DNA of 64,000 nt from a virus. Below are positions 6,337 to 15,221 of the stretch, in pieces (the first letter of the stretch is position 1; the number at the start of each line of letters is the position of its first letter). The position numbers and the translations under genes are program-made. The stretch is taken from IMG/VR virus record IMGVR_UViG_3300036985_002246, positions 96,001 through 160,000 of that record; one strand, given 5' to 3'. The notes under the pieces are model-generated. The model was given only the letters and a program-made list of their open reading frames with translations. It did not search any database and was not told where the DNA came from.

Positions 6337-9315
6337 ATGGCTGCCCCCTGGATTCTCCACCACGAAGACTGCCTCAAGACCATGGCTGCCATGGAGGCTG
6401 ACTCTGTGGATTCCGTCGTCTGTGACCCGCCCTACGGCCTGGAGTTCATGGGCAAGGATTGGGACCACGGTGTCCCCGGTGTCGAGTTCTGGATCGAGGC
6501 GCTGCGCGTCGCGAAGCCTGGGGCCTACCTACTCGCGTTCGGCGGGACACGAATGTACCACCGGCTCGCGGTCGCGATCGAAGATGCGGGGTGGGAGATC
6601 CGCGACGCAATCTCGTGGCTCTACGGCTGCTTGAGCGAGGACACAGAGGTCCTCATCAACGGGGCGTGGGTCCACTACCGTAGCGCCATTGAAGGAAGTC
6701 TCGCATTGTGCTACGACGCGGAGAATGACACGTTCTCGCAGCAGCCAGTCGAGCAGCTTTTCGTCTACGACTACGACGACACAGCCTACCGAATCGAGTC
6801 AGATCGCACCGATCAAGTCGTCAGCCGAAATCACCGCTGCATCGTCTGGCGTGACGGACGCTGGGGGTTCGTCCTCGCAGAAGAGGTGGCACGGGAACAG
6901 GAAGCGAGAGTACCCGTTCTCGAAGCCGTGTCAGACGTGCTCGACGCCCTTTCTCTGCTTCAACCGAACGCAGGCAGTTCGCAACCGGCTCTGCGCCGGG
7001 TGTCTGACGAAGGTTCACCGGGGTCCGCGCAAGAAGCCGGTGGCGCTTCGGGAGGGCATGACCGAGATCGCGTGCTCTGTCTGCGGCAAGAGGGTGTGGA
7101 AGCCGCGATCAGCCTTGAAGGTGGTGAAGCTGCCCTCGTGCTCCCGGCGGTGCAACGGGAAGCTGCGCGGGGCGGAGTGGGCGAAGCACGGGCACAAGGG
7201 CTCGGCAGCGGTGAGCCCGGAGGGCCGAGCGTCTGCTGTTGCAAAGATGACCGGCCCGCTCAATCCAGCGTGGAAGGGCGGGGTCACAATCTTCAGGAAG
7301 CACGGGAGCTACAAGGGGGTGCGATACGTTCGGTGCCCGCTGGATTTCCTTCCAATGGCGCGGAAGGACGGCTATGTGATGGAGCACCGTCTGATCGTGG
7401 CGAAGGTGCTGGGTCGCCGTCTCCTTCGGACGGAGACGGTGCATCACGAGGATCACGACCCGACGAACAATGCTCTGTGCAACCTGTCGCTGTTCAAGTC
7501 GAATCGGGACCACAAGTTGTACGAGCATCACGGTTCACCACTTCCGATCTGGCGAGGATCACCCCCCTCCACCTGACCGGGAAGGTGTGGTGCGTGAAGG
7601 TGCCGACCGGAGCTTTCGTCGCTCGTCGTAACGGCAAGGTGTTCGTCACAGGCAACTCAGGCTTCCCGAAGTCGCTCGACGTGAGCAAGGCAATCGACAA
7701 GGCGGCTGGTGCAGAGCGGGAAGTGGTAGGCCAATACAATTTGCCGTCCGATAGTACATCAGGGCATGCCGGAAAGCCTATCCATTCACATGTTGCGGGG
7801 TCTTTTCCACTTGCTCCTACTCCAAACGGAAGAGATATTACAGCCCCCGCCACCGACGCCGCTCGTCAGTGGTCCGGCTGGGGCACCGCGCTCAAGCCCG
7901 CGTGGGAGCCGATCATCGTCGCACGCAAGCCCCTGGGTACACCTGGAACAAACGTCGTGGCCGTGGTAGAATCTGCTCTGAGACGGCAGGGCGTCGTAGG
8001 GGAGATCCTGTGGAAGCCAGACGATGCAAAGGCTGCGGAGAAGTCAAGGAGCACAAGGACTTCGTACTCAACCGAACAGCAGAAAACGGCGGTAACATCT
8101 GCCGCAAATGCCGTCGAGAGAGGGACGCAAAGCACCGATCCGCTAACCGCGACCTCTACAGAGAACGGTGGAATCAGTGGTCCGCCGCGAACCCAGGCAG
8201 GTCCAGAGAACTCGCTCGCGCAAGCGAACGAAAACTACGCAACGAAGTGCTCGACGCCTACGGAGGCGCGTGTGCTTGCTGTGGGGAGCAAGAACGGGAC
8301 TTCCTCACCCTCGACCACATCAACGGCGGGGGTACAGCGCACCGGAGAGCTACACACGGAAAGGTCTACGGGGCCGTCCGAAGAGCAGGATTTCCTCCCG
8401 ACTATCGAATCCTTTGCTGGAATTGCAACTGGGCTTACCGGCTCTATGGCTCATGTCCACATCAAACGAGACAGTGATGGCTTCTTCGTATGGCCTGCGG
8501 GGCTACCCAGGAGCGCAGCAGGGGGCTCGCTAACCGTCGCGGCGAACGTCCTGAAGCATGGCACGGGTGGGATCAATATCGACGGGTGCCGGATCGAAAC
8601 AGCAGACAAACTTCTCATCCATACTCGGGGTGATTCTGGCAAGCGGGATACACGTCTGACCTACTCAGGAGGTGATTTCCCTCTTATTATGGAGCGCAAG
8701 GCCACTGCTGGTCAGGCTTTGGGACGCTGGCCCGCGAACGTGATCCTCGACGAAGAGGCCGCTGCGCTACTGGACGAGCAGACGGGCACGCTCGCGAGTG
8801 GGAAGGCGGCGCGGGGGGGACACCGACGCAAGGATTCGATGGGTGCGACCGGAGGGGCTGCTCTTGGCGGAAACGCCGATGGTTCCCTCCGAGCGGACGA
8901 GAACGCAGGCACGCTGTACGGGGACTCCGGCGGTGCTTCGAGGTTCTTCTACACCGCCAAAGCGAGCCGCTCCGAGCGCACGCACGGCGGGGAAGTGGTC
9001 AATCTGCACCCCACGGTCAAGCCAATCTCCCTCATGCGCTACCTCGTGAGGTTGGTGACGCCTCCCGGCGGCGTGGTGCTCGACCCGTTCTGCGGTTCTG
9101 GCTCAACGGGCGTTGGGGCAATCCTGGAGGGTTTCAACTTCGTGGGTTGTGAGAGGGAACTGGCGTCGGTCGAGACTTCCAGAGCCAGGTTTGAACTCGC
9201 AGTTCTCGTCTCTGTCGGTGGTGTGAAGAACCCCTGGGTGGACGACCTAGAGGTGCCCCCTGACGAGGTTGAGCCCCCGGCTGTCTCCTCAATCGAAGAC
9301 CTGTTCGGCTTTTGA
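6337..9315 (+). CDS. Beta-class N6A/N4C DNA methyltransferase carrying an intein and a second in-frame insertion
   Basis: VCDPPY catalytic motif; WLYG|SGFPKS; KPAWEPIIVARKP; RWPANV; HPTVKP; VLDPFCGSGSTG SAM motif. Confidence 0.9.
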   Translation: MAAPWILHHEDCLKTMAAMEADSVDSVVCDPPYGLEFMGKDWDHGVPGVEFWIEALRVAKPGAYLLAFGGTRMYHRLAVAIEDAGWEIRDAISWLYGCLSEDTEVLINGAWVHYRSAIEGSLALCYDAENDTFSQQPVEQLFVYDYDDTAYRIESDRTDQVVSRNHRCIVWRDGRWGFVLAEEVAREQEARVPVLEAVSDVLDALSLLQPNAGSSQPALRRVSDEGSPGSAQEAGGASGGHDRDRVLCLRQEGVEAAISLEGGEAALVLPAVQREAARGGVGEARAQGLGSGEPGGPSVCCCKDDRPAQSSVEGRGHNLQEARELQGGAIRSVPAGFPSNGAEGRLCDGAPSDRGEGAGSPSPSDGDGASRGSRPDEQCSVQPVAVQVESGPQVVRASRFTTSDLARITPLHLTGKVWCVKVPTGAFVARRNGKVFVTGNSGFPKSLDVSKAIDKAAGAEREVVGQYNLPSDSTSGHAGKPIHSHVAGSFPLAPTPNGRDITAPATDAARQWSGWGTALKPAWEPIIVARKPLGTPGTNVVAVVESALRRQGVVGEILWKPDDAKAAEKSRSTRTSYSTEQQKTAVTSAANAVERGTQSTDPLTATSTENGGISGPPRTQAGPENSLAQANENYATKCSTPTEARVLAVGSKNGTSSPSTTSTAGVQRTGELHTERSTGPSEEQDFLPTIESFAGIATGLTGSMAHVHIKRDSDGFFVWPAGLPRSAAGGSLTVAANVLKHGTGGINIDGCRIETADKLLIHTRGDSGKRDTRLTYSGGDFPLIMERKATAGQALGRWPANVILDEEAAALLDEQTGTLASGKAARGGHRRKDSMGATGGAALGGNADGSLRADENAGTLYGDSGGASRFFYTAKASRSERTHGGEVVNLHPTVKPISLMRYLVRLVTPPGGVVLDPFCGSGSTGVGAILEGFNFVGCERELASVETSRARFELAVLVSVGGVKNPWVDDLEVPPDEVEPPAVSSIEDLFGF
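6628..7656 (+). mobile_element. Intein (343 aa) in the DNA methyltransferase
   Basis: Starts CLSEDTEVL, block B SRNHR, ends VWCVKVPTGAFVARRNGKVFVTGN followed by Ser; exteins rejoin as WLYG-SGFPKS. Confidence 0.9.
6851..7576 (+). CDS. HNH homing endonuclease overprinted in the +1 frame inside the intein (start uncertain; frame open from 6689)
   Basis: Zn-finger pairs CQTC, CAGC, CSVC, CSRRC; NPAWKGG; EHRLIVAKVLGRRL...VHHEDHDPTNNALCNL. Confidence 0.8.
   Translation: MTDAGGSSSQKRWHGNRKREYPFSKPCQTCSTPFLCFNRTQAVRNRLCAGCLTKVHRGPRKKPVALREGMTEIACSVCGKRVWKPRSALKVVKLPSCSRRCNGKLRGAEWAKHGHKGSAAVSPEGRASAVAKMTGPLNPAWKGGVTIFRKHGSYKGVRYVRCPLDFLPMARKDGYVMEHRLIVAKVLGRRLLRTETVHHEDHDPTNNALCNLSLFKSNRDHKLYEHHGSPLPIWRGSPPST
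7936..8532 (+). mobile_element. Non-intein in-frame insertion (~199 codons) in the MTase; boundaries approximate
   Basis: Interrupts ARKPL...TVAANVLKHGTGGINIDGCRI, which is normally contiguous in this MTase family; no splicing motifs seen; no stop in the MTase frame. Confidence 0.7.
8010..8477 (+). CDS. HNH endonuclease overprinted in the +2 frame inside the MTase insertion
   Basis: AGGGGAG RBS 5 nt before GTG 8010; CKGC/CRKC finger; YGGACACCGE...LTLDHINGGG...RILCWNCN...CPH. Confidence 0.85.
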   Translation: MEARRCKGCGEVKEHKDFVLNRTAENGGNICRKCRRERDAKHRSANRDLYRERWNQWSAANPGRSRELARASERKLRNEVLDAYGGACACCGEQERDFLTLDHINGGGTAHRRATHGKVYGAVRRAGFPPDYRILCWNCNWAYRLYGSCPHQTRQ

Positions 9316-9329
9316 GCGTAAGGAGTACC

Positions 9330-9593
9330 GTGGACGTGAAAGCTCGGATCGAAGCTGCAATCAAGCGGCGGGACGACCTCCGCTCTCAGAAGGAGCGGAC
9401 ATTGGGCCGCCTCGAAGAGGCAGAGAAGAATCTCGAAGCTCTCCGCGCCGAGTGCCGGGCGAAGAACCTCGACCCGGACGGTTTGGCCGACACCGTGGCC
9501 AAGCTGGAAAAGGGGCTCCAGACCTCAATCTCGGACCTGGAGACGCAGATCTCCGAGGCCGAGAGTGCCCTCAAACCCTATCTGCAACCGTGA
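9330..9593 (+). CDS. Small coiled-coil protein (possible middle piece of split SbcC)
   Basis: AGGAG RBS before GTG 9330; heptad pattern throughout. Confidence 0.7.
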   Translation: MDVKARIEAAIKRRDDLRSQKERTLGRLEEAEKNLEALRAECRAKNLDPDGLADTVAKLEKGLQTSISDLETQISEAESALKPYLQP

Positions 9594-9603
9594 GAGAGCC
9601 CGC

Positions 9604-10746
9604 ATGATCTTCAGCGTATCCAAGCGTGACCTGGAAGCCGCCCTCAAGGTGGTCAGCCACACCGTCTCCATGGGCGGCAGCGACATTTCCGCCCACTACC
9701 TCTTCCGGCAGACCCAGGCTGGGTCGAAGACCCTGGAGGTGCTTGCCTACAACGGGCGGGTGTTCGCGTCCTGCCCGGTGGTCGCCTCCTTCGAGGAGGA
9801 GGGCAAGTCCTTCACGGTCGAGGCGAAGCGGGTCCACTACCTGCTCGGTGCCGTGCCCGACGACGCTGTGCTCAAGGTGTCGAGCACGGGCGCGGGCGAG
9901 GCCACGATCAGCACCGGCAGGGGCAAGAACGTCTTCGCCAGTCTCGACCCCGACCTCTTTCCCTACTGGGACGAGCTTCTCGCGAACTCGACGGGGACGG
10001 CGGTGCTCCCGGCGGACCGGCTGCACGCTGCGCTCTCGCACGCCAAGTCGTTCATTTACGACCAGGAGGCGAAGGCCCCTCACCTCTGCGTGGCGGAGTT
10101 CCGCAAGGGCTGCCTCTACTCGACCGACCAAATGGCCGTGTCGATCGTCAAGGTGGACGGCATGGAGGGGGCTGCGATCCGCATTCTCGGCAAGGACGTG
10201 GGTGCCGTGACCTCCTTCCTGTCCTCCTTCAAGGAGGACCTCGTGGAGGTCTGGGAGTCCGACCGTGCCATGTTCCTCAAGCGTGGGGACGGGGCGGTGT
10301 TCGGCGAGAGCAAGTTCGCCAGCCGCTTCCCCGACATTGCCGTGGACTGGTCGATCGAGGACGACCACTGGATCGACCTCCCACGGGTGGAGATCGCCAA
10401 CGCGGTGAAGTTCCTCGCCTCTGGTGCTCGGTGGGAGGACACGCTGCTGCGAATGATCGTGGGGGACGGGTCCGTGACGCTCTCCATGATCGCGGCCAAC
10501 GGGAAGCCGATCACCCTCGACGTGAAGGCGGTGGCTCAGGGGACTCGGGACGGCGACGTGCCTGCCCTTCCGAAGGAGGGGTTCCCGATCTCCAACGCCT
10601 ACGTCTCGAACCTCCTGGCGAACTTCTCGGGTGAGACGGTCCGCTTCGGGATCTCGAAGAAGGGCAAGGGCGGTTGGGTCCGTGTGAAGGACGAGCGGGG
10701 TAAGGACACCTACCTCACGACCGTCGCATGGCTGAAGACCGCCTAA
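9604..10746 (+). CDS. dnaN: DNA polymerase III beta sliding clamp-like protein
   Basis: MIFSVSKRDLEAALKVV; ~380 aa; DPDLFP, LYSTD, SRFPD motifs resembling DnaN. Confidence 0.8.
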   Translation: MIFSVSKRDLEAALKVVSHTVSMGGSDISAHYLFRQTQAGSKTLEVLAYNGRVFASCPVVASFEEEGKSFTVEAKRVHYLLGAVPDDAVLKVSSTGAGEATISTGRGKNVFASLDPDLFPYWDELLANSTGTAVLPADRLHAALSHAKSFIYDQEAKAPHLCVAEFRKGCLYSTDQMAVSIVKVDGMEGAAIRILGKDVGAVTSFLSSFKEDLVEVWESDRAMFLKRGDGAVFGESKFASRFPDIAVDWSIEDDHWIDLPRVEIANAVKFLASGARWEDTLLRMIVGDGSVTLSMIAANGKPITLDVKAVAQGTRDGDVPALPKEGFPISNAYVSNLLANFSGETVRFGISKKGKGGWVRVKDERGKDTYLTTVAWLKTA

Positions 10747-11360
10747 GACCGCTGATCGAGGAGACCGCAAGGATCCTTGGTCGCAGGGACGCTGTGCAAG
10801 ACGGGCTGAAGGCAGCCCGTGCTTCCGCACGCACGCTCACGGAGCGCGTCGATCTTCTCGACCTCGTGTCGGCGCTGATCCGGTCGCTGATCGACGCGGA
10901 GATCACCGAAGGCGTGAAGGCGATCGAGACGCTCCAGACGGAGGGCGTGCGAGCCGTCTTTGACGACCAGGAGATCCGAGTCCGGGCCGACATTGAGGTT
11001 CTCCGGGGCAAGGTGAACGTGTCCCTCGTCACCATGCAGACGAAGGAGAACGGGGACATGATCGAGGGCGTGAGCCTCGAAGGGTTCGGCGGGGCCGTCT
11101 CGACCGTGCAGTCGGTGCTCCTCAGGCTCGCCCTGATCTTCCGGCGTGGGCTGCGGCCCGTGCTGTTCCTCGACGAGAGTCTTCCGGCCTTCGACGAGCG
11201 GTACGTCCTCAACATGGCGTCGTTCCTCAAGACGCTCTGCGCTCGAATGGGCGTGGACATTCTCCTCGTCACGCACAACCCAATCCTGGTAGAGCAGGCT
11301 GACCGAGCCTACCGGATTCGGCGCGAGCACGGGCACTCGTCTTTCAACCGGATCCGCTGA
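10728..11360 (+). CDS. SbcC/Rad50-like ATPase, C-terminal half
   Basis: Coiled coil, then degenerate signature FGGAVSTVQSVLLRLAL, Walker B LFLDE, H-loop LVTHN, ADRAYRI. Confidence 0.85.
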   Translation: MAEDRLRPLIEETARILGRRDAVQDGLKAARASARTLTERVDLLDLVSALIRSLIDAEITEGVKAIETLQTEGVRAVFDDQEIRVRADIEVLRGKVNVSLVTMQTKENGDMIEGVSLEGFGGAVSTVQSVLLRLALIFRRGLRPVLFLDESLPAFDERYVLNMASFLKTLCARMGVDILLVTHNPILVEQADRAYRIRREHGHSSFNRIR

Positions 11361-11391
11361 GCAGGTCTGACCCACACGGTAAGGTGCCAGC

Positions 11392-12063
11392 TTGAAGCCC
11401 GAAGGACAGATCAAGCACAAGCTCGCCCAGGTCCGGTTCCGGCACCTGAAGCGTGAGACTCGCACGGGTCTGTCCAGGCGTTCAGGCAACTGCAAGTTCA
11501 ACGGCCTGATCGACCTCCCAGGACACGAGAACCTCGGGGTCTGCCTCCACAGTGCGGAAGACCCGGCCTGCTGGAACGGTGGCTCGTGCGACGACACGCT
11601 GGACGACCGGGCGTCTCGCTGCCCGCTCTTCGAGACGCTGAACACGAAGGAGTCGATCCGGGACGAGTTCGACTCCTTCCTGGAGAAGGCTGACCGGGCG
11701 CACATTGCCGAGAGGTACCCGGACATGGCGGCGCTCCTCTGGGTGCTCGACCTCGACAAGCCCGGCGACCTGCCTGAGGAGGACGAGAGCGAGCTTGAGG
11801 GCGTGCAACCCACGACCCCCCAGCCAGAGGCTGAGCCGACGCCAGAGGTGGCCCCACAGCCTCCGGCGGCTGAGCCTGCCCCCGCTGCTGCGGAACCGGT
11901 CCCCGAAGAGCTTGCTGAGCCTCAGGCTGCCGTCGAGCCCTGGTCGGCGATCCCTACCCCCGTGCCACCCCCGTCTGAAGACCTGCCCGTGCTCAGGTCA
12001 GGGCTCCTGGGGAGCCTGGTCACCCTTTGGGCGCTGGTCATGAGGTTCTTCCGTCATGGGTGA
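11392..12063 (+). CDS. Hypothetical protein: Cys cluster, Pro/Ala/Glu linker, hydrophobic C-tail
   Basis: Tiles the operon; composition. Confidence 0.6.
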   Translation: MKPEGQIKHKLAQVRFRHLKRETRTGLSRRSGNCKFNGLIDLPGHENLGVCLHSAEDPACWNGGSCDDTLDDRASRCPLFETLNTKESIRDEFDSFLEKADRAHIAERYPDMAALLWVLDLDKPGDLPEEDESELEGVQPTTPQPEAEPTPEVAPQPPAAEPAPAAAEPVPEELAEPQAAVEPWSAIPTPVPPPSEDLPVLRSGLLGSLVTLWALVMRFFRHG

Positions 12064-12580
12064 CCTCCTCCAACAGGTGCCCATGCTCCCGGCGGCGAAG
12101 AAGGTGCCGCTGCTGATTGAGATCCCCGTCAACGGGGAGGGCGCACCCTTCCTGATCAGCGGCCTGCGGGATTGGGTCTGGATCAAGGGCTCCAAGTCTG
12201 GGATCGTCCGGTCGGCGGTGCGCCCTGGGGGGATCCCAGCGGACATTTTCACCACCGTGACCCAGCAGGTCGCCGAGAAGGGGGCCTCCGCCAAGTGGGG
12301 AAACACCCTCCCGTTCTCCGACGAGGGCCTCAAGAAGGCTGCGGCGTACCTCAAATCCTACGGCCTCGACCAGGTTGAGGCGCTCGTTCCGGTGGGCTCC
12401 ACCCTTCAGGCACCGAAGGGCGTAAAGCTCTCCGAGTCAACATGGGTGTCGAGTGGCAGAGCAGTGGTAGTTCCATTGGACCGCACCTACCTGGGGCTGC
12501 TCGGGACGTTCGGCCCGGAGTACTACACCGTGGTGCTGCACAATCCGAGTCGCGGAATGGTGGTGTTGGGGGACTGGTGA
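12056..12580 (+). CDS. Hypothetical protein
   Basis: Overlaps both neighbours; typical codon usage. Confidence 0.65.
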   Translation: MGDLLQQVPMLPAAKKVPLLIEIPVNGEGAPFLISGLRDWVWIKGSKSGIVRSAVRPGGIPADIFTTVTQQVAEKGASAKWGNTLPFSDEGLKKAAAYLKSYGLDQVEALVPVGSTLQAPKGVKLSESTWVSSGRAVVVPLDRTYLGLLGTFGPEYYTVVLHNPSRGMVVLGDW

Positions 12581-13302
12581 CACCGATCACTTCTTGGCTA
12601 GCAGAGCACCTCGCCTCCCTCTCACTCTCGGAAGAGGCTGAGGGGTACCTGCTAGGACGAGGCGCAACCCCGGAGGCGATCCAGCGGTTGGGGTTCGTGG
12701 AGTGGGAACCGGCCAAGACGGACTCCCCAAGCGCACAGTTCAGAACGAGGTACAAGCCTCGGGGTGACCTCCTGAAAGGGACGCTGGCGTACCCGCTCCG
12801 GTCCCCCACAGGGGACCTGATTGGGTTCGAGGCTCGCGGAATGAAGGAGAAGAAGATCTCCGAGTTCAGGACCCCCGAAGCCGAGTGGAACCCGGTGTTC
12901 GTCAACGCCCCAGAGGCGGCTCAGAAGCTCTGGAGCGGTGGGTCAATCTGGGTGACAGAGGGCGTGTTCGACGAACTCGCTCTGGAACTGGTCATTCCCG
13001 TCGAAGACGTGGCGATTGCGACGCTTCGGGCCGGTCTGTCGAAGCGCCATGTAGAGTTCATTTCCCGGCTCTGCCGAAATCGAGTCTACATGGTCTACGA
13101 CAACGACGAGACGGGGCGTAAGGCAACCCTGGGCTGGGAAGACGCGGTGACGGGGAAGTACAGGCCGGGGGCACTCAACCTGCTTCAGCGAGCAGGGCTC
13201 AGGGTCATTGACTTCCGGTATCGAGGCAAGGACCCCGGCGAGGTTTGGTCCTCGGGTGGGATCCATAAACTGCGGCAGGCGTTTCTAGGAGAGCAAAGAT
13301 GA
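12577..13302 (+). CDS. DnaG-type primase catalytic core/TOPRIM lacking the Zn-binding domain
   Basis: YLLGRG; YPLRSPTGDLIGFEAR; VTEGVFD; YDNDETG; GTGA overlap start. Confidence 0.8.
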   Translation: MTPITSWLAEHLASLSLSEEAEGYLLGRGATPEAIQRLGFVEWEPAKTDSPSAQFRTRYKPRGDLLKGTLAYPLRSPTGDLIGFEARGMKEKKISEFRTPEAEWNPVFVNAPEAAQKLWSGGSIWVTEGVFDELALELVIPVEDVAIATLRAGLSKRHVEFISRLCRNRVYMVYDNDETGRKATLGWEDAVTGKYRPGALNLLQRAGLRVIDFRYRGKDPGEVWSSGGIHKLRQAFLGEQR

Positions 13303-13838
13303 GCAACGACGTGTGGGAAGCAGGCAAGGACGTGATGGACGTTGTCCGTCACTACATAGCGAACTACCACCCGACCCTCGCGTCGGTGGACAAGGACATT
13401 GCTGTCCTCTTCCGCACCAAGGCGTCGAAGAAGGGCGGCCAGGTCGTCCTCGGTTCGAGCCGGAAGGCCCCCTCGATCCTGGAAGTGCTCGGGAAGGACA
13501 CCTACAAGTTCATTCTGGAGATCGCCTCCGACGAGTGGGTGCTCCTCTCCAACACCCAGCAGGGTGCTCTGATCGACCACCTCCTCTGCGCCTGCAAGGT
13601 CGAGGAGGACGAGAAGTCGGGCGACCTGAAGTTCTCGATCGCCCCTCCCGACGTGCAGTTCTACTGGGGCGAACTGGAGCGGAACGGCGACTGGCGTCCG
13701 CGTCCTCAGCAGGAGGACGGGGCGAGCATGGACCTCGAAGAAATGATCGGGGGCAAGACCGAGAGCAAGCCCGGCGCGAAGAAGGGCAAGAAGGCCCCGG
13801 CGACGGCGGACTCGTCGGACGACCCGCTGGACGAGTGA
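13299..13838 (+). CDS. Putative phage metallopeptidase-like protein with degenerate HExxH
   Basis: FILEIASDEW...ALIDHLLCAC...PPDVQ pattern. Confidence 0.55.
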   Translation: MSNDVWEAGKDVMDVVRHYIANYHPTLASVDKDIAVLFRTKASKKGGQVVLGSSRKAPSILEVLGKDTYKFILEIASDEWVLLSNTQQGALIDHLLCACKVEEDEKSGDLKFSIAPPDVQFYWGELERNGDWRPRPQQEDGASMDLEEMIGGKTESKPGAKKGKKAPATADSSDDPLDE

Positions 13839-13847
13839 GCGCCCGCT

Positions 13848-15221
13848 GTGGCACTCGACACGAAGCACCGCCCCCTCACCTATGACGGGGTGCTGGGGCA
13901 GGCGAGCACTGTTCAGATCCTCCGCCAGTACGTGAAGACGGGCTCGGGGTTCCACCAGTCGTACTTGTTCGCGGGTCCATGGGGCTCGGGCAAGACCACC
14001 CTGGGGCGAATCCTGGCCCGGTCCCTTCTCTGTTCCGCGCCGGTTGAGGGTGTGGCGTGCGACGCCTGCCTCTCGTGTCAGTCGATCCTGATCGGTGGCT
14101 CCTCGGAGAACTTCTTCGAGATCGACGCCGCCACGAACAGCGGCAAGGACTCGATCCGCAAGATCGTCGAGGAGATCCAGTACGCGACCTTCTCCGGCAA
14201 GCGTCGGATCTACCTCTTCGACGAGAGCCACCGGCTCACGCTCGACGCGCTCGACGCGCTGCTGAAGCCCATGGAGGACTGCGTTCCTGGGACGCAGGAC
14301 AAGACCCTCGTCTGCGTCTTCTGCACGACCGAGCCGGAGAAAATGAGGGCGACGATCCTCTCCCGGTGCGCTCCGGCCTTCGTGATCAAGCCCGTCACCC
14401 CCGACCAGATCGCCGAGCGTCTCGCTGCTGTCTGCGACATGGAGGGGATCCCCTACGAGAAGGACGCCCTCAAGCTGATCGGGGAACTGACCGAGTGCCA
14501 TATCCGCGACGCCCTCAAGGCGATCGAGGGGGTATCCATGCTCGGCCAGGTGAACCGGCTGAACGTGGCCAAGTACCTTCACCTGGACTCCCACCTCACC
14601 GTCCTCGAAATCCTGTCCATGCTCTTCGACGACCTCCCAGGTGCCCTCCGCAAGACCTCGGAGCTTCTGGCTTCCACCAGCCCGACCACTTGCTACGAGG
14701 CTCTGGCTGAAATGGCAATGCTGGCGTACAGGGCGGGGCTTGGGGCGGGGACAGCACCGAGCTACCTGGACGCACAGGTGGTTCAGGAGCTTGGGACGCG
14801 GGCGGGCGCGCACTTGCTCTCCTATGCAAGCAGGTTGTCGTCCCGTCCGGGCAGGCCCACGGCGTCAATGCTCTTGTGTGACCTGGCTCAGCTTCACCAG
14901 GAAGCAGTCTCCCCTACGGTTCAGGTGCTCCCTCAGATTGCACCAAAGCCCCCAACTTCGGTGCAGCGAGGTAACGTAAAGGCTGAAGACCAGCCAAGGG
15001 AGGTGGATCATGTATGGGTCCACCCCAGGGCTGTCAAACCCAACGATGAGCTTGCAAAGCCTCAGCCCCCAGCCAACCCCCACGGACTCCCGCCTCTGGA
15101 GTTCTTCAAGCTCGTCAAGCGACGAGCAGACGAACTGAAGGCGCAGCGGGATGGACGCACGGGACAAGATGACTTGGGTGGCCCTGGAGCTAACCAAGGC
15201 GGGGGAGCAGAAGGCGATTGA
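13848..15221 (+). CDS. dnaX: DNA polymerase III gamma/tau clamp-loader-like subunit
   Basis: KHRPLTYDGVLGQ; GPWGSGKT; Zn motif C-C-C-C; EIDAATNSG; LFDESHRL; SRC; IRDAL. Confidence 0.9.
   Translation: MALDTKHRPLTYDGVLGQASTVQILRQYVKTGSGFHQSYLFAGPWGSGKTTLGRILARSLLCSAPVEGVACDACLSCQSILIGGSSENFFEIDAATNSGKDSIRKIVEEIQYATFSGKRRIYLFDESHRLTLDALDALLKPMEDCVPGTQDKTLVCVFCTTEPEKMRATILSRCAPAFVIKPVTPDQIAERLAAVCDMEGIPYEKDALKLIGELTECHIRDALKAIEGVSMLGQVNRLNVAKYLHLDSHLTVLEILSMLFDDLPGALRKTSELLASTSPTTCYEALAEMAMLAYRAGLGAGTAPSYLDAQVVQELGTRAGAHLLSYASRLSSRPGRPTASMLLCDLAQLHQEAVSPTVQVLPQIAPKPPTSVQRGNVKAEDQPREVDHVWVHPRAVKPNDELAKPQPPANPHGLPPLEFFKLVKRRADELKAQRDGRTGQDDLGGPGANQGGGAEGD

Noticed and set aside
7936-8532. Group I intron or second intein
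   Set aside because: No C/S...(H)N splice motifs and no recognisable P/Q/R/S elements; the host frame stays open. RNA splicing is not formally excluded.
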